From positions 8,753-72,752 of the forward strand of contig JAKAZL010000004.1 of the NCBI GenBank assembly GCA_021815925.1: a DNA stretch of 64,000 bases. The letters run 5' to 3'. Origin of the DNA: Pseudomonadota bacterium (GTDB taxonomy: Bacteria > Pseudomonadota > Gammaproteobacteria > Steroidobacterales > Steroidobacteraceae). Below the pieces are notes generated by a model. That model did not search any database, had not been told where the DNA came from, and was given only the letters and a program-made list of their open reading frames with translations. Positions within the stretch are counted from its first letter, which is position 1. The number at the start of each line of letters is the position of its first letter. Below, in pieces: positions 32,626 through 42,977 of the stretch. A program made the translations under genes and the position numbers.

Positions 32626-33189
32626 TCAGTACGCCTCGCCCCCGAACGCCGGGCGGAACAGCTTGGCGCGGTAGTGCTCGAGCTCGCGTATCGAGTCGCG
32701 GATGTCGGCCAGCGCCAGGTGCGCATCCTGCTTGGCGAACCCCTCGAGCGCGCCCGGCGCCCAGCGGTGCGCCAGCTCCTTCAGGGTGCTCACATCGAGA
32801 TTGCGGTAGTGAAAGAAGCGCTCGAGCCGCGGCATCAGGCGCGCGAGGAAGCGTCGGTCCTGGCAGATGCTGTTGCCGCACATCGGTGAGGCGCCCGCCG
32901 GCACCAGTTGCTCGAGGAACGCGATCGTGCGCGACTCGGCCCCGGCGGTATCGATGCTGCTGGCGCGCACCCGGGCGAGCAGCCCCGATCCTCCGTGCTG
33001 CTTCTGGTTCCACTCGTCCATGCCGGCGAGTGCCTGCTCGCTCTGGCGGATGGCGATCGCCGGCCCCTCGGCGAGCACCTTCAACTGCTTGTCGGTGACG
33101 ATGGTGGCGATCTCGATGATGGCATCGCTCTCGGGCTTCAGCCCGGTCATTTCCAGGTCGATCCAGATCAGGTTCTCGGCGCTCGTCAT
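32626..33189 (-). CDS. orn: oligoribonuclease
   Basis: 187 aa from ATG 33189. DEDD motifs are present: [10 protein letters not shown] ... [11 protein letters not shown] ... [11 protein letters not shown]. Confidence 0.92.
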   Translation of the reverse strand: MTSAENLIWIDLEMTGLKPESDAIIEIATIVTDKQLKVLAEGPAIAIRQSEQALAGMDEWNQKQHGGSGLLARVRASSIDTAGAESRTIAFLEQLVPAGASPMCGNSICQDRRFLARLMPRLERFFHYRNLDVSTLKELAHRWAPGALEGFAKQDAHLALADIRDSIRELEHYRAKLFRPAFGGEAY

Positions 33190-33222
33190 GCTGGGCTCGC
33201 ACTGCGGGATAATCGGCGGCCC

Positions 33223-34143
33223 ATGAGTGTAGCAACCTTCGACGCCCGCGTGACCGGCGCCTTCGGCCGCCAGGTCCGGGTGTGCACCCCGGACGGGCGC
33301 GAATTCCCTGCCCGCCCCTTCGGGCGCGACCTCGATATCGTCTGCGGGGATACGGTGCGCTGCCGGGCCGATGAGCACCACGGCGAGGTGCACGTGCTCG
33401 AAGTGCTGCCGCGGCGCACGGCGCTGTACCGCACCAATGCCCGCGGCCGGGCCGAGGCCGTGCTCGCCAATCTCACCCGGCTGCTGGTGGTGATCGCGCC
33501 GCTGCCCGCGCCCGATCTGTTCGTGGCCGACCGGTACCTTGCGGCGGCCGAATCGGCCCGGATCGAGCCGCTGCTGGTGCTCAACAAGGCCGACCTGGGC
33601 ATCGAGGCGGTCCTCGCCGATGCCCTCGGCGGGTACGCGCTCGCCGGCTACCGCTGCATCGAGGTTTCGGCCGCGAGCGGCGCGGGGCTCGAGGCGCTGC
33701 GCTCGGCCTGCCACGACCACACCGCCGCACTGGTGGGTCAGTCGGGCGTCGGCAAGTCCTCGCTCGCCGCGGAGCTCCTGCCGGCCGAGCGCATCGAGAT
33801 CGGCGCGCTGGCGCGGGCGGCCGAGGGCCGGCACACGACCACGGCCTCGCGGCTGTTCGAGCTGCCCGGCGGAGGCTCGCTGATCGACGCCCCGGGCGTG
33901 CGCGACTTCGCGCCGGCACTCGAGTACCTCGAGCCGCGCAGCCTCGGATTCGTGGAGGTCGAGCGCCTCGCCGGCGGCTGCCGGTTTCTCGACTGCCAGC
34001 ACCTGCGCGAGCCGGACTGCGCGGTGCGCGCCGCCGTCGAGCAAGGCCAGATGGACCCGCGCCGCTACGAGAGCTACCGGCGGCTGCGCCGGCTGCAGCA
34101 CACGCTGCGCCGCCCGAACGAGCCGCCGCGGCGGCGCCGCTGA
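33223..34143 (+). CDS. rsgA: ribosome small-subunit-dependent GTPase A
   Basis: Circularly permuted GTPase (NKADL ... [10 protein letters not shown]). The C-terminal zinc knuckle [14 protein letters not shown] is present. It is divergent from orn. Confidence 0.9.
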   Translation: MSVATFDARVTGAFGRQVRVCTPDGREFPARPFGRDLDIVCGDTVRCRADEHHGEVHVLEVLPRRTALYRTNARGRAEAVLANLTRLLVVIAPLPAPDLFVADRYLAAAESARIEPLLVLNKADLGIEAVLADALGGYALAGYRCIEVSAASGAGLEALRSACHDHTAALVGQSGVGKSSLAAELLPAERIEIGALARAAEGRHTTTASRLFELPGGGSLIDAPGVRDFAPALEYLEPRSLGFVEVERLAGGCRFLDCQHLREPDCAVRAAVEQGQMDPRRYESYRRLRRLQHTLRRPNEPPRRRR

Positions 34144-34148
34144 GCGAC

Positions 34149-34745
34149 TCAGACGCTCTGGCGGCCGGTGAGGGCACGGGCGAGCGTGCCGCCGTCGACG
34201 TATTCGATCTCCCCGCCGATCGGCACCCCGTGCGCGATGCGGCTTGCGCTGAGTCCGCGCCGCAGCGCCAGATCGGCCAGAAAATGCGCCGTCGCCTCGC
34301 CTTCGACCGTCGGATTGGTGGCCAGGATCAACTCGCGCACCAGGCCCTCATCGAGGATCGCCTCGAGCTCGCGCACCCCGAGCTGCTCCGGGCCGATGCC
34401 ATCGAGCGGCGAGAGGTGGCCCATCAGCACGAAATAGCGTCCGCGAAAGCTCCCGGACTGCTCGATCGCCACGACGTCGGCAGGCGACTCGACCACGCAC
34501 AGCAGCGAGGATTCGCGCTGCGGGGAGGCGCAGACGGCACACAGTTCCTGCTCGGCGAACATCCGGCAGCGCCCACAGCGACGCACCGAGGCGAGCGCCG
34601 CTTCGAGCGAGTGCGCGAGGGTGTGCGCACCGGAGCGACCGTCCTGCAGCAGATGAAACGCCATGCGCTGGGCGCTCTTCGGCCCGACGCCCGGCAGCGC
34701 TCGCAGCGCCTCGATCAGCTCAGCCAGTCGCGGCGGGTGCTTCAC
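34149..34745 (-). CDS. recR: recombination protein RecR
   Basis: 198 aa. Motifs [17 protein letters not shown], a C4 zinc finger (CGRC ... CAVC), and a Toprim domain. Confidence 0.95.
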   Translation of the reverse strand: MKHPPRLAELIEALRALPGVGPKSAQRMAFHLLQDGRSGAHTLAHSLEAALASVRRCGRCRMFAEQELCAVCASPQRESSLLCVVESPADVVAIEQSGSFRGRYFVLMGHLSPLDGIGPEQLGVRELEAILDEGLVRELILATNPTVEGEATAHFLADLALRRGLSASRIAHGVPIGGEIEYVDGGTLARALTGRQSV

Positions 34746-34752
34746 GGTTCGA

Positions 34753-35076
34753 TCAGAACGGGAGTTTCATGCCGGGCGGCAGCTGCAGGCCGGCGGTGAC
34801 GGAGGCCATCTTCTCCTGGACGCGCGCCTCGACCTTGTGCACCGCATCATTGATGGCGGCGGCCACCAGATCCTCCAGCATCTCGCGATCCTCCCCGACG
34901 ACCGTCGGCTCGATCGCTACGCGCCGCACCTCGTGCTTGCCGGTCATGGTGACCTTGACCATGCCGCCGCCGGACTCCCCGACGACCTCCAGACTCGCGA
35001 TCTCCTCCTGGACCTTCTGCATATTGGCCTGCATGGCCTGAGCCTGTCGCATCAGTTGGTTGATATTGCCTCGCAT
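34753..35076 (-). CDS. ybaB: nucleoid-associated protein YbaB/EbfC
   Basis: 107 aa. N-terminus [25 protein letters not shown]. Canonical dnaX-ybaB-recR synteny. Confidence 0.93.
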   Translation of the reverse strand: MRGNINQLMRQAQAMQANMQKVQEEIASLEVVGESGGGMVKVTMTGKHEVRRVAIEPTVVGEDREMLEDLVAAAINDAVHKVEARVQEKMASVTAGLQLPPGMKLPF

Positions 35077-35122
35077 GAGGACACTCCTGGCTGGTATCGG
35101 ACGGGTCGCCTGCGGCGACGGT

Positions 35123-36703
35123 TCATTTCTGGGGACGAATGGTCTCGGGCATCACTTCGGCGGCGAACTGCTCACGAAAGCCGCGCACGCCCGGATCGGA
35201 CTCGAACGCCTGGCGTGCCGCATCCGCCTGCTCGCGCTCGGCACGCTGCTGGGCCTGCGCCGGGGTCTCGCCGGTCTCGGGGGCGGCGACGAACTCCAGC
35301 CGCACCGTCTCGCCGTAATGGCGCGAGAGCGCCTGGGCGAGTTTGTCCTCGAGCGCGGCGGTCCGCATCGCGCGGCTGCGCGGATCGAGCGCGAGGCGAA
35401 CCCGCGCGCCGTCGCGCCCGATGAGTACACAGTGACTGGCGAGCTGGCGGGCCGCACCCTGCAGGTCGAGCTGGGCCAGCAGCCCTGCCCACTCGCCCTG
35501 CGGCGCCCCCGGCGCTGCGGGCTGCGCGGCCGGGCGGGCCGTCGCGGGGCGCTCGGCCGGACGGGCCCCGCCGGCCGGGCTGCCCGTGCGCCCCGCCTGC
35601 GGGGCGGCCGCGCTCTGCGGCCGGAACGCGATCATCCTGAGCAGAGTCATCTCGAAACCGGCGCGCGGATCGGGCGCCAGTGGCAGGTCGCGTCGGCCCA
35701 GGATCGCGATCTGGTAGTACAGCTGCACGTCCTCGGCATCGAGCACGCCCGCGAGCCGCTCGATGAGCTCCACCGGGTAGAGCTCATCGCCCTCGTAATC
35801 GCGCACCACCTGCTTCAGCGCGAGACGCGTCAGCAGTCCCGCCAGCTCATCGAGCAGCTGGGCATAATCCGGCGCCCATTGCTCGAGCGAGCGGGCGAAC
35901 CGCAGCAGCTCGGCGGCATCGCCGGTCGCGAGCCGCTCGGCGAGCTGCACGACGTGGTCGCGCGCTACGGTACCGAGCATGGCGCGCGCCTCGGCCTCAC
36001 CGGCTCGTCCGCCGCCGAAGGCGATCAGCTGATCGAGCAGCGAGAGCCCGTCACGCATGCTGCCGTCGGCCGCCTGCGCCACGAGCGCAATGCCCGCCGG
36101 CTCGAAGGGGATGCTCTCCTGCTCGAGCACGGCCCGCAGATGCTCGGCGATCTGTGCCACCGGAATGCGCTTGAGATTGAACTGCAGGCAGCGCGAGAGC
36201 ACCGTCACCGGCAGCTTCTGCGGATCGGTGGTGGCGAGCAGGAATTTCACGTGCGGGGGCGGCTCCTCCAGCGTCTTCAGCAGCGCGTTGAAGGAGTGCG
36301 TCGAGAGCATGTGCACCTCGTCGATCAGGTACACCTTGTAGCGCCCGCGGGTGGGCGCGAACTGCACGTTGTCGAGGATCTCACGCGTGTCATCGACCTT
36401 CGTGCGCGAGGCCGCGTCCACTTCGATGAGGTCGACGAACCGGCCGGCGTCGATCTCGCGGCAGCTGGCACACTGCCCGCAGGGCGTGGCGGTCACGCCA
36501 CCCTCGCAGTTGAGGCATTTGGCCAGGATGCGCGCGATCGTGGTCTTGCCCACCCCGCGCGTGCCGGTGAACAGGAACGCGTGATGGACGCGCCCGCTCT
36601 GCAGGGCGTTGACGAGCGCCTGGCGCACGTGATCCTGCCCCACCAGTTCGGCGAACGACTTGGGGCGCCACTTGCGCGCCAGCGCGGTGTAGGTCTCGGT
36701 CAT
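35123..36703 (-). CDS. dnaX: DNA polymerase III subunit tau/gamma
   Basis: 526 aa. Motifs [19 protein letters not shown], Walker [10 protein letters not shown], a zinc module CGQCASC, and SRCLQF. Confidence 0.95.
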   Translation of the reverse strand: MTETYTALARKWRPKSFAELVGQDHVRQALVNALQSGRVHHAFLFTGTRGVGKTTIARILAKCLNCEGGVTATPCGQCASCREIDAGRFVDLIEVDAASRTKVDDTREILDNVQFAPTRGRYKVYLIDEVHMLSTHSFNALLKTLEEPPPHVKFLLATTDPQKLPVTVLSRCLQFNLKRIPVAQIAEHLRAVLEQESIPFEPAGIALVAQAADGSMRDGLSLLDQLIAFGGGRAGEAEARAMLGTVARDHVVQLAERLATGDAAELLRFARSLEQWAPDYAQLLDELAGLLTRLALKQVVRDYEGDELYPVELIERLAGVLDAEDVQLYYQIAILGRRDLPLAPDPRAGFEMTLLRMIAFRPQSAAAPQAGRTGSPAGGARPAERPATARPAAQPAAPGAPQGEWAGLLAQLDLQGAARQLASHCVLIGRDGARVRLALDPRSRAMRTAALEDKLAQALSRHYGETVRLEFVAAPETGETPAQAQQRAEREQADAARQAFESDPGVRGFREQFAAEVMPETIRPQK

Positions 36704-36725
36704 GGATCCCCAAACCGGAATGGGA

Positions 36726-36838
36726 GGCGGCCCGCACCAGCGGGTGCTCCGGCACCCGACATCGCCGCTGCCGCTGCTGCCTTCCGGCCCTGACGGGGTT
36801 CACGACTGGTCGTCGCGGAGTAGCCGATGCGGGCCACC
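36726..36838 (-). ncRNA. ffs: signal recognition particle RNA (4.5S-type)
   Basis: The minus strand contains GUCAGGGCCGGAAGGCAGCAGC, which matches the conserved domain IV motif GUCAGGUCCGGAAGGAAGCAGC. The closing helix pairs GGUGGCCCGCA with UGCGGGCCGCC. It lies immediately upstream of dnaX, a common arrangement. The exact ends are approximate. Confidence 0.85.
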
Positions 36839-37041
36839 ACAGCCAATAAAAACGCGTGCCCGCGTGCGCGGACTCACCCGCCCCGGCACGGGGTCTTGCG
36901 GCCCTCGCCCGGAGTGATCAGCGGGAGGCGCCATCATAGCAGAGGGGGTGCCCGAGAGGCGTCGGGCATCGCCGCCGGCCGCGCGGGACAATCGGCCCCC
37001 AAGCGCTCCCCGGGGGGCCGGTGCGCCCCCCGGAGCGCCGC

Positions 37042-37830
37042 TCACACCGGTGCCGGCGGGACGACCGCGACCAGCCCATCCATGACGAAGGGAAAGCCGC
37101 CGAACTGCCGCAACGGCTCGAAGGTGTACTCCTTCGGCCGGTACCGTGCGTGCAGCGGACAGTAGTAGTGATACAGGCCGGGCCGCTCGAGCCGGAGGGT
37201 GCCACTGCCCCCGTGCGCCGGCAGCGGCAGCGCGCCGAACGGCGCCGGCCCGCCCGGCGCCGGCACGACGACGTGAGCATCCATGTCGTTGTTGGTGAAG
37301 TGCACCGGGGTCCCGGGACGACAGACCAGCGCCCAGGGCTGAAACGTCATGCTGGTATCGGGGATGTTCACGTCCGCGCCGGTCAGGGGCACCCCGCTGC
37401 CCTCTGCATCTGTGACCAGCACCGCCGCGTACGCCGGCAGCGGAAAATGCCGCGCGCCGCGCCGCGCGGCCACCTGCTGGACCGCCGGATCAAAGCGGGT
37501 GCTCAGCGCGTCATAGAGAAGGTACAGACCCGGCGCCTCGAGCCGCAATGCGGCCGCGCGGCCGGCGCCGATGTGCTGCGCGATCCGCTGCGGCGCCGAC
37601 GGGGCGCTGAGCAGCTGCAGCGGCTGCGCCGCGACGGAGTCGATCCACAGCGTCTGCCCGCGCCGCAGCACGGCAGTCATGGGCTCAAAGCCCGTGCCGT
37701 GAAACCGCACCCGCACCGCGCTCGCACGCCCCGGGCGCGCGAGCGCGGCCGGAGTCTCCACAGCCAGCGCCGCGCCGAGCAGCGCGGTGCCCGCCAGGAA
37801 CGTCCGGCGGCTCATTGACGTATCGGTCAT
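37042..37830 (-). CDS. Tat-exported cupredoxin-like protein (putative copper-binding)
   Basis: 262 aa from ATG 37830, with a GGAGGAAGC RBS. Twin-arginine leader is MSRRTFLAGTALLGAALA. The C-terminal VHFTNNDMDAHVV ... YHYYCPLH resembles cupredoxin His/Cys ligand spacing. The axial Met is not obvious. Confidence 0.6.
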   Translation of the reverse strand: MTDTSMSRRTFLAGTALLGAALAVETPAALARPGRASAVRVRFHGTGFEPMTAVLRRGQTLWIDSVAAQPLQLLSAPSAPQRIAQHIGAGRAAALRLEAPGLYLLYDALSTRFDPAVQQVAARRGARHFPLPAYAAVLVTDAEGSGVPLTGADVNIPDTSMTFQPWALVCRPGTPVHFTNNDMDAHVVVPAPGGPAPFGALPLPAHGGSGTLRLERPGLYHYYCPLHARYRPKEYTFEPLRQFGGFPFVMDGLVAVVPPAPV

Positions 37831-37885
37831 TGCTTCCTCCAAGCGCCACTTCGGCGAGCGACATGCTGCGGTGCGCGCGCCGGCA

Positions 37886-37917
37886 AGACTACTCTCGGGA
37901 GCATACTCCCGGGTCAA
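37886..37917 (-). promoter_or_regulatory. MerR-type promoter with long spacer, facing the cupredoxin-like gene
   Basis: The minus strand reads TTGACC-CGGGAGTATGCTCCCGAGAG-TAGTCT. The spacer is 20 nt and contains the dyad CGGGAG-TATG-CTCCCG. The -10 element lies 56 nt upstream of the ATG. Confidence 0.6.
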
Positions 37918-37994
37918 TACGCACTGGCCACAGGCCACGCCGCGCTCCGCCCAGGGCGCCAGAGCCACGGTCGCGGCAACCTGCCGAAGGACTC

Positions 37995-38026
37995 TTGACT
38001 CTGGACCTTGCTCCAGGAGATAGACT
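37995..38026 (+). promoter_or_regulatory. MerR-type promoter with long spacer, facing the CueR-like regulator gene
   Basis: TTGACT-CTGGACCTTGCTCCAGGAGA-TAGACT. The spacer is 20 nt and contains the dyad CTGGA-CCTTGC-TCCAG. The architecture resembles the E. coli copA promoter. The -10 element lies 30 nt upstream of the ATG. Confidence 0.6.
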
Positions 38027-38056
38027 GGTTTTTGATGACACCGCGGAGGGTCCTGC

Positions 38057-38506
38057 ATGGAAACGCTCGGCATCGGCGCGCTTGCCAAACGGGGCGGCGT
38101 GCGCATCGACACGGTCCGTTACTACGAGCGCAGCGGCCTGCTGGCGCCGAAGACGCGCCTGCAATCCGGTTACCGCCGCTACAGCGAGGCGGAGCTCGCC
38201 CGGCTGCGCTTCATTCGCCGCGCCCAGGCGCTCGGGTTCTCGCTGAAGGAGATCCGCGAGCTGCTCGCGCTGTCCAAGGGGCGCGACGTGGCCCGGGTCA
38301 AGCGAGCCGCGCAAAGCAAGCTCGCCGACGTCGAGCAGCGCATCGCGGCGCTCGAGCGCATGCGCAGTGGCCTCGCCGCGCTGATCGCCGCCTGCCCCGG
38401 GCACGGCGAGCCGAGCGACTGCCCGATCCTGCGTGCGCTCGGCGCAGAGGGCCTGGAGATCCTCGACCCGCCGGCGGCACCGGCGTCCCGGTCCGCTCGC
38501 CCCTGA
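38057..38506 (+). CDS. MerR-family metal-responsive regulator, CueR-like
   Basis: N-terminal helix-turn-helix IGALAKRGGVRIDTVRYYERSGLL, then a dimerisation helix. The C-terminal metal loop is CPGHGEPSDCPIL. Confidence 0.85.
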   Translation: METLGIGALAKRGGVRIDTVRYYERSGLLAPKTRLQSGYRRYSEAELARLRFIRRAQALGFSLKEIRELLALSKGRDVARVKRAAQSKLADVEQRIAALERMRSGLAALIAACPGHGEPSDCPILRALGAEGLEILDPPAAPASRSARP

Positions 38507-38534
38507 GCCGCCCGGGCCCCTCCGGGGCGCCCCC

Positions 38535-39107
38535 TCAGGGCGTCCCTTGGGCGGCGCGCACCAGGAACAGGATACCCAGACCGAGGAACAGCAGGCTGGC
38601 CACGATGCGGATCGCCCTGAGCGGCAGACGCGCAGCGAGGGCGTGACCGATGAACACCGCCGGGGCACAGGCGAGCACCATCCCCACGGTACTGCCCGCG
38701 ACCACGGTGAAGAAATTGCCGTAGGCCGCGGCGAGCACCGCGGTGGCGATCTGTGTCTTGTCACCGAACTCGGCGAAGAAGAACGTGACGAGCGTGCTCC
38801 AGAAGATTCCGCCGCGCTCGATCCCGTCGGCCGGCTCATCGGCCCGCTCGGGCTTGAGCTCCCAGAGGGCCATGACGATCAGGCTGATGCCGACCAGCAG
38901 ATTGACCACGCGGCCGCTGAGCACGTGGCCGAGCCGCTCGCCGATGAGCGCCGCGAGTGCCGCGCTGGCAATCGTGCCGCACAGCATCCCGGAGAGAATC
39001 GGCCACGGACGGCGATAGCGCGCGGCGAGCATCAGCAGCAGCAGCTGCGTGCGATCGCCCATCTCGGCGATCGCTATGGTCGAGAGGCTGGCGAGAAACG
39101 CCTCCAT
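38535..39107 (-). CDS. GDT1/TMEM165 (UPF0016) family cation (Mn2+/Ca2+) transporter
   Basis: 190 aa with six hydrophobic segments. Two signature E-x-G-D-[KR]-T motifs are present (EMGDRTQ and EFGDKTQ). Confidence 0.85.
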   Translation of the reverse strand: MEAFLASLSTIAIAEMGDRTQLLLLMLAARYRRPWPILSGMLCGTIASAALAALIGERLGHVLSGRVVNLLVGISLIVMALWELKPERADEPADGIERGGIFWSTLVTFFFAEFGDKTQIATAVLAAAYGNFFTVVAGSTVGMVLACAPAVFIGHALAARLPLRAIRIVASLLFLGLGILFLVRAAQGTP

Positions 39108-39166
39108 CTAACGACCCGAGGTGCGCCCGCGGGGCACACCCGCTGTACAGGTCTCCCGCGCGCGCA

Positions 39167-39592
39167 TCAGACGACGGTCAGCGTCACGTCGATGTTGCCG
39201 CGGGTCGCATTCGAGTACGGACACACCTTGTGCGCCTCGCTCACCAGACGCTCGGCCGCCTCGCGCGCCACGCCGGGCAGCGAAACCCGCAACTGCACGT
39301 TGATTCCGAACCCGGCCGCGATGGGGCCGATGCCGACCGAGGACTCGATCGACGTGGCGGCCGGAACGGCCACCTTGTCGCGACCCCCGACAAACTTGAT
39401 CGCGCCGATGAAACAGGCGGCGTAGCCGGCCGCGAACAACTGCTCCGGGTTGGTCCCCTCGCCGCCGGCGCCACCCAGTTCCTTCGGCACCGACAGCTTC
39501 ACGGCGAGCCGGCCGTCGTCGCTGGCGGCGCTGCCGTCACGCCCGCCCGTGGCCTTGGCGTGAGCGATGTAGAGCGGGGTGATCGCGGTCAT
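39167..39592 (-). CDS. ohr: organic hydroperoxide resistance protein Ohr (OsmC/Ohr family)
   Basis: 141 aa from ATG 39592. Motifs [15 protein letters not shown] and [11 protein letters not shown] (the two catalytic Cys) are present. The upstream part of the 479-aa ORF is non-coding shadow. Confidence 0.9.
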   Translation of the reverse strand: MTAITPLYIAHAKATGGRDGSAASDDGRLAVKLSVPKELGGAGGEGTNPEQLFAAGYAACFIGAIKFVGGRDKVAVPAATSIESSVGIGPIAAGFGINVQLRVSLPGVAREAAERLVSEAHKVCPYSNATRGNIDVTLTVV

Positions 39593-39805
39593 ACAGGCCT
39601 CCGGTCCGGCAATGGGGATCCAACCTCGCGGGCAGCGAGTTCGTCGCGACTGATTATATTGTAGACTCGCGCTCGCGCGCCAACGGCAGAGGGCGCGGAA
39701 CACGGGCATTGCAGACCGGATCGAGTGCCGAGGAGCGGACCAGCAACATGAGCACTGCGGACCTGTGGGTGCGCCGCGACGGCGCACGGGCATCGCGAGG
39801 CGCCT

Positions 39806-42800
39806 ATGACGCTGCGTGACGTGTTGCGCAAGGTGGGCCGGCGATGGCTCATCACCATCGCGGCGCTCGGGCTGCTGTTCCTCGGCTATCTGTGGGCCGG
39901 CTACGTGCTCGCGCCACGCCTGATCCGCACCTATGCAACCCGCTGGGCGCAGTCGCACCCGGGCGTGACGCTCGCGCTCGGGCGCATCGCCGTCGATCCG
40001 CTGCACTTCACCGTGTCGGTCCGCGACATCGATCTGCGCGCGGCCGGTCGACCGCTCATCGGCATGAACCGCCTGTTCGTCGGACTGGCGCCGCTGTCGC
40101 TCATCGCCGGCGTCTATCACGTCACGCTCCTCGATCTCGAAACGCCGCGCGTGCACGTGGCGATCGGCGCCGACGGAACGGTCAATCTCGCCGCGCTCGC
40201 AACGCCGACGAGCGCCAAGCCCGCACATCCCGCGCCGAGCGGCCCGCCCCCACAGATCCGCATCGACGATCTGCGCATCGACAGCGGCCAGGTGACCTTC
40301 AGCGACCGCCGGCGCGCGCCCGTGGCTCGCGAGACGCTCGCCCCGATCACGCTGCGTCTGGTGCATTTCAAATCGTGGGGACGCAGCGGCGGTCAGTTCG
40401 CACTCAAGGCCAACACCGGGGACGGGGCACAGATTGCCTGGTGGGGCCAGGTGTCGATGAGCCCGCTCGCCTCTTCCGGCGCGGTGTCGCTCGCCGCGGC
40501 GCCGCTGCGTGATCTGGCGCGCTTTCTGCCCGCCAGACTGCCGCTCGTCCCGCGCGCCGGTCAACTCGGAATCAGTGCCCAGTACACCTTCGGGGAAAGC
40601 CCGCACGGACTCGGCCTGACGGTCTCGAACCTCGATCTGGTGTTGCGCTCACTTGCGCTCCAGGGCGGCGCGCAACTGCACGGCACCGTGCGCATCGCCA
40701 GCATCCGCGCCACGGGCGGGGCGCTGAACGTGCAGCCCGGCAGCAGCCCCGGGGCCTCTCTCGCCCAACTCGCCGTGCGGGGCGTGCAACTGCTCGGCAA
40801 TGCGGCGGCGAGCGGCCAGAACATGAGCCTGCAACATCTGGTCTTGAGCAACAGCCGGCTCGATCTGGCACAGCGCCAGATCGCACTCGGTTCGCTCGCC
40901 CTGCGCGGCCTGCAGTTGCCGGTGGACCGCGAGGCCGACGGCCAGCTCGCTCTGCTGCGCTGGCTGCCGCGCGGCAAGCCGGCAAGTCCGACAGCCCCGC
41001 CGACCCATCGAGCGCCGCCGGCTGCGCCGGGCGCACCGGCCGGCCCGGCCGCGAAATGGCAGGTGCAGCTCGCCCGGTTCGAATTGCGCGACGCGACGGT
41101 TGCGGTGCACGACCGCGCGGTGCGACCGGCGGCGCAGTTCACCGTGCGGCTGTACTCGCTCACGGCCCGTACGCTGAGCACCGACCTCGAGCGATCCGTG
41201 CCGTTCACCCTGCGCGCCGGGCTCGCGCCCCGGGCGTACCTGTTGGTGAACGGCCGCCTCACTCCGGCACGCAAGAGCGCCGCGGTATGGGTGTCGCTGG
41301 CGCACCTGCCGCTGCAGCCCTTCGTACCTTACGCGCCGCTCGCGCCGAGCGCCGAGGTTCACTCCGGCTCCCTCGGAGCGCGTCTGTTCGCCGCTCTGGA
41401 GGATGGCCGGCTCGCCCGCCTCGACGGACAGCTCGACCTGCGCGATCTGAGCCTGCTCGATCGGGCCAACGGCACCGGACTGTTCGGCTGGCAGCGCCTG
41501 AGCGTGCGCGGCATCGCCTATCGTCCGGCGCACCTGACGATCGCCGCTGCGCAGCTCGTCGCGCCGGCGGGTCTGATCGTCATCCTGCCGAACCGCACGT
41601 TGAATCTCGCCGCCCTCGCCTCGCCCCGCCCTGCGCCCACACCGGCCGGCAAGCCGGCGCCGACGTCGCGCACGCCGGTCGCCACGCCGAACAAGGCGCC
41701 GGCGTTCGCCGCGTTGCTTAAGCGCCTGCAGATCGTCAATGGCTCGATCACCTTCGCCGACGAGTCGATCGAACCGCATTTCCGCGCACCCATCGACGAT
41801 CTGCACGGCACCATCGAGAACGTCTCGACTGACACGACGGCGATCGCGCGCATCGCGCTCGCCGGCCAGGTGATCGACCGGTACTCCCCGGTGACGATCA
41901 GCGGCTCGTTCAATCCCTACGGACTCGGCAGCCAGACCGACATCCGCGCGGCATTCGATAACATCCAGCTGCCGATCTTCAATCCGTACTCGGACCGCTA
42001 CGCCGGCTACGCGATTGCCAAGGGCATCCTGAGCGCGCACTTCCGCTACCGCATCGAGAATCGCAAGCTCAACGCCGACCACCTGGTGGTCGTGGATCAC
42101 CTCGAGTGGGGCGGCGCGAGCGCGAGCAAACAGCGCGTCGGCTGGCCGATCCGGCTCGCCACCGCGCTGCTGAAGGACCGCAACGGGGTGATCCGCATTC
42201 ATCTGCCGGTCACCGGCTCGCTCGATAACCCGGACTTTCACATCGCCTCGATCGTCTGGACGATGCTGGTGCATCTGCTCGAGAAGGCCGCGCTCGCACC
42301 GTTCAACCTCATCGGCAAGCTGTTCGCCGGCGCCGCGCAGGCCCAGTACATCGAGTTCCAGCCGGGATCGGCAGCGCTCTCGCACGCCGCCGCCGCCAGT
42401 CTCGCGGCGCTCGCGAAAGGGCTGGCGAGCCGCCCGGCACTGCAGGTCGACATCCCGGCAGGGCCGGCCGGACCACAGGATGCGCGCGCCATCGAGAACC
42501 GGCGCATCGATGCGCTCGCCCTGGCCCGCCTGCGCCATGCGCCGCCGGGCGGCTTCGGTACGTTGAGCGTTGCACAGCAGCTGCGCGAGCTCGCGGCCCT
42601 ATACCGCGCGCGACTGAGGAGACGACCCCGCTTTCCGCCCGATCTGCCGCTCGAGCCGACTGCGCCCGCGCCGAGCGGTGCGACCCACCCGGGCACGCCC
42701 CCGGCGCCCGACAAACGCCTCGAGCGCGAGCGCAGTGAGGTGCACTGGCTCCGCGAGCAGTTGCGCGCAAGCGTGCGCCCTGACCCCGGAACGCTCGCCG

Positions 42801-42943
42801 CGCTCGGCCTCGCCCGGGCCCAGGCCGTACAGGATGCGATGCTGGCGCACGGGGCACTGGGCCCGAAACGCGTGTTCCTCACCACCCAGGCGGCCGGCGA
42901 GCCCTGGAACGGGCAGATCCGTCTGAAGCTGCGCCTGAAGTGA
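39806..42943 (+). CDS. large DUF748 / AsmA-like envelope protein with N-terminal membrane anchor
   Basis: 1045 aa. N-terminal TM is [23 protein letters not shown]. Repetitive beta-rich segments and Pro/Ala linkers follow. My family assignment by resemblance is tentative. Confidence 0.6.
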   Translation: MTLRDVLRKVGRRWLITIAALGLLFLGYLWAGYVLAPRLIRTYATRWAQSHPGVTLALGRIAVDPLHFTVSVRDIDLRAAGRPLIGMNRLFVGLAPLSLIAGVYHVTLLDLETPRVHVAIGADGTVNLAALATPTSAKPAHPAPSGPPPQIRIDDLRIDSGQVTFSDRRRAPVARETLAPITLRLVHFKSWGRSGGQFALKANTGDGAQIAWWGQVSMSPLASSGAVSLAAAPLRDLARFLPARLPLVPRAGQLGISAQYTFGESPHGLGLTVSNLDLVLRSLALQGGAQLHGTVRIASIRATGGALNVQPGSSPGASLAQLAVRGVQLLGNAAASGQNMSLQHLVLSNSRLDLAQRQIALGSLALRGLQLPVDREADGQLALLRWLPRGKPASPTAPPTHRAPPAAPGAPAGPAAKWQVQLARFELRDATVAVHDRAVRPAAQFTVRLYSLTARTLSTDLERSVPFTLRAGLAPRAYLLVNGRLTPARKSAAVWVSLAHLPLQPFVPYAPLAPSAEVHSGSLGARLFAALEDGRLARLDGQLDLRDLSLLDRANGTGLFGWQRLSVRGIAYRPAHLTIAAAQLVAPAGLIVILPNRTLNLAALASPRPAPTPAGKPAPTSRTPVATPNKAPAFAALLKRLQIVNGSITFADESIEPHFRAPIDDLHGTIENVSTDTTAIARIALAGQVIDRYSPVTISGSFNPYGLGSQTDIRAAFDNIQLPIFNPYSDRYAGYAIAKGILSAHFRYRIENRKLNADHLVVVDHLEWGGASASKQRVGWPIRLATALLKDRNGVIRIHLPVTGSLDNPDFHIASIVWTMLVHLLEKAALAPFNLIGKLFAGAAQAQYIEFQPGSAALSHAAAASLAALAKGLASRPALQVDIPAGPAGPQDARAIENRRIDALALARLRHAPPGGFGTLSVAQQLRELAALYRARLRRRPRFPPDLPLEPTAPAPSGATHPGTPPAPDKRLERERSEVHWLREQLRASVRPDPGTLAALGLARAQAVQDAMLAHGALGPKRVFLTTQAAGEPWNGQIRLKLRLK

Positions 42944-42977
42944 ATGGCGCGGCGGCGCGCGTGCGGCCGCGCAGATC

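Noticed and set aside
35123-36703. Programmed -1 frameshift site in dnaX (A AAA AAG) for gamma subunit production
   Set aside because: I found no CTTTTTT or other homopolymeric slippery run on the plus strand within the gene. There is no evidence for frameshifting from sequence alone.
36845-36865. Possible intrinsic terminator (ACGCG-GGCA-CGCGT followed by TTTTTATT on the minus strand) between the cupredoxin-like gene and ffs
   Set aside because: The stem is only 5 bp, and the T-run could equally belong to the ffs promoter. It is too weak to call as a feature.
39108-39166. yybP-ykoY manganese riboswitch in front of the GDT1-family transporter
   Set aside because: Only 59 nt separate the transporter start from the ohr stop. 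That is too short for the roughly 100+ nt riboswitch, and no conserved motif was recognised.
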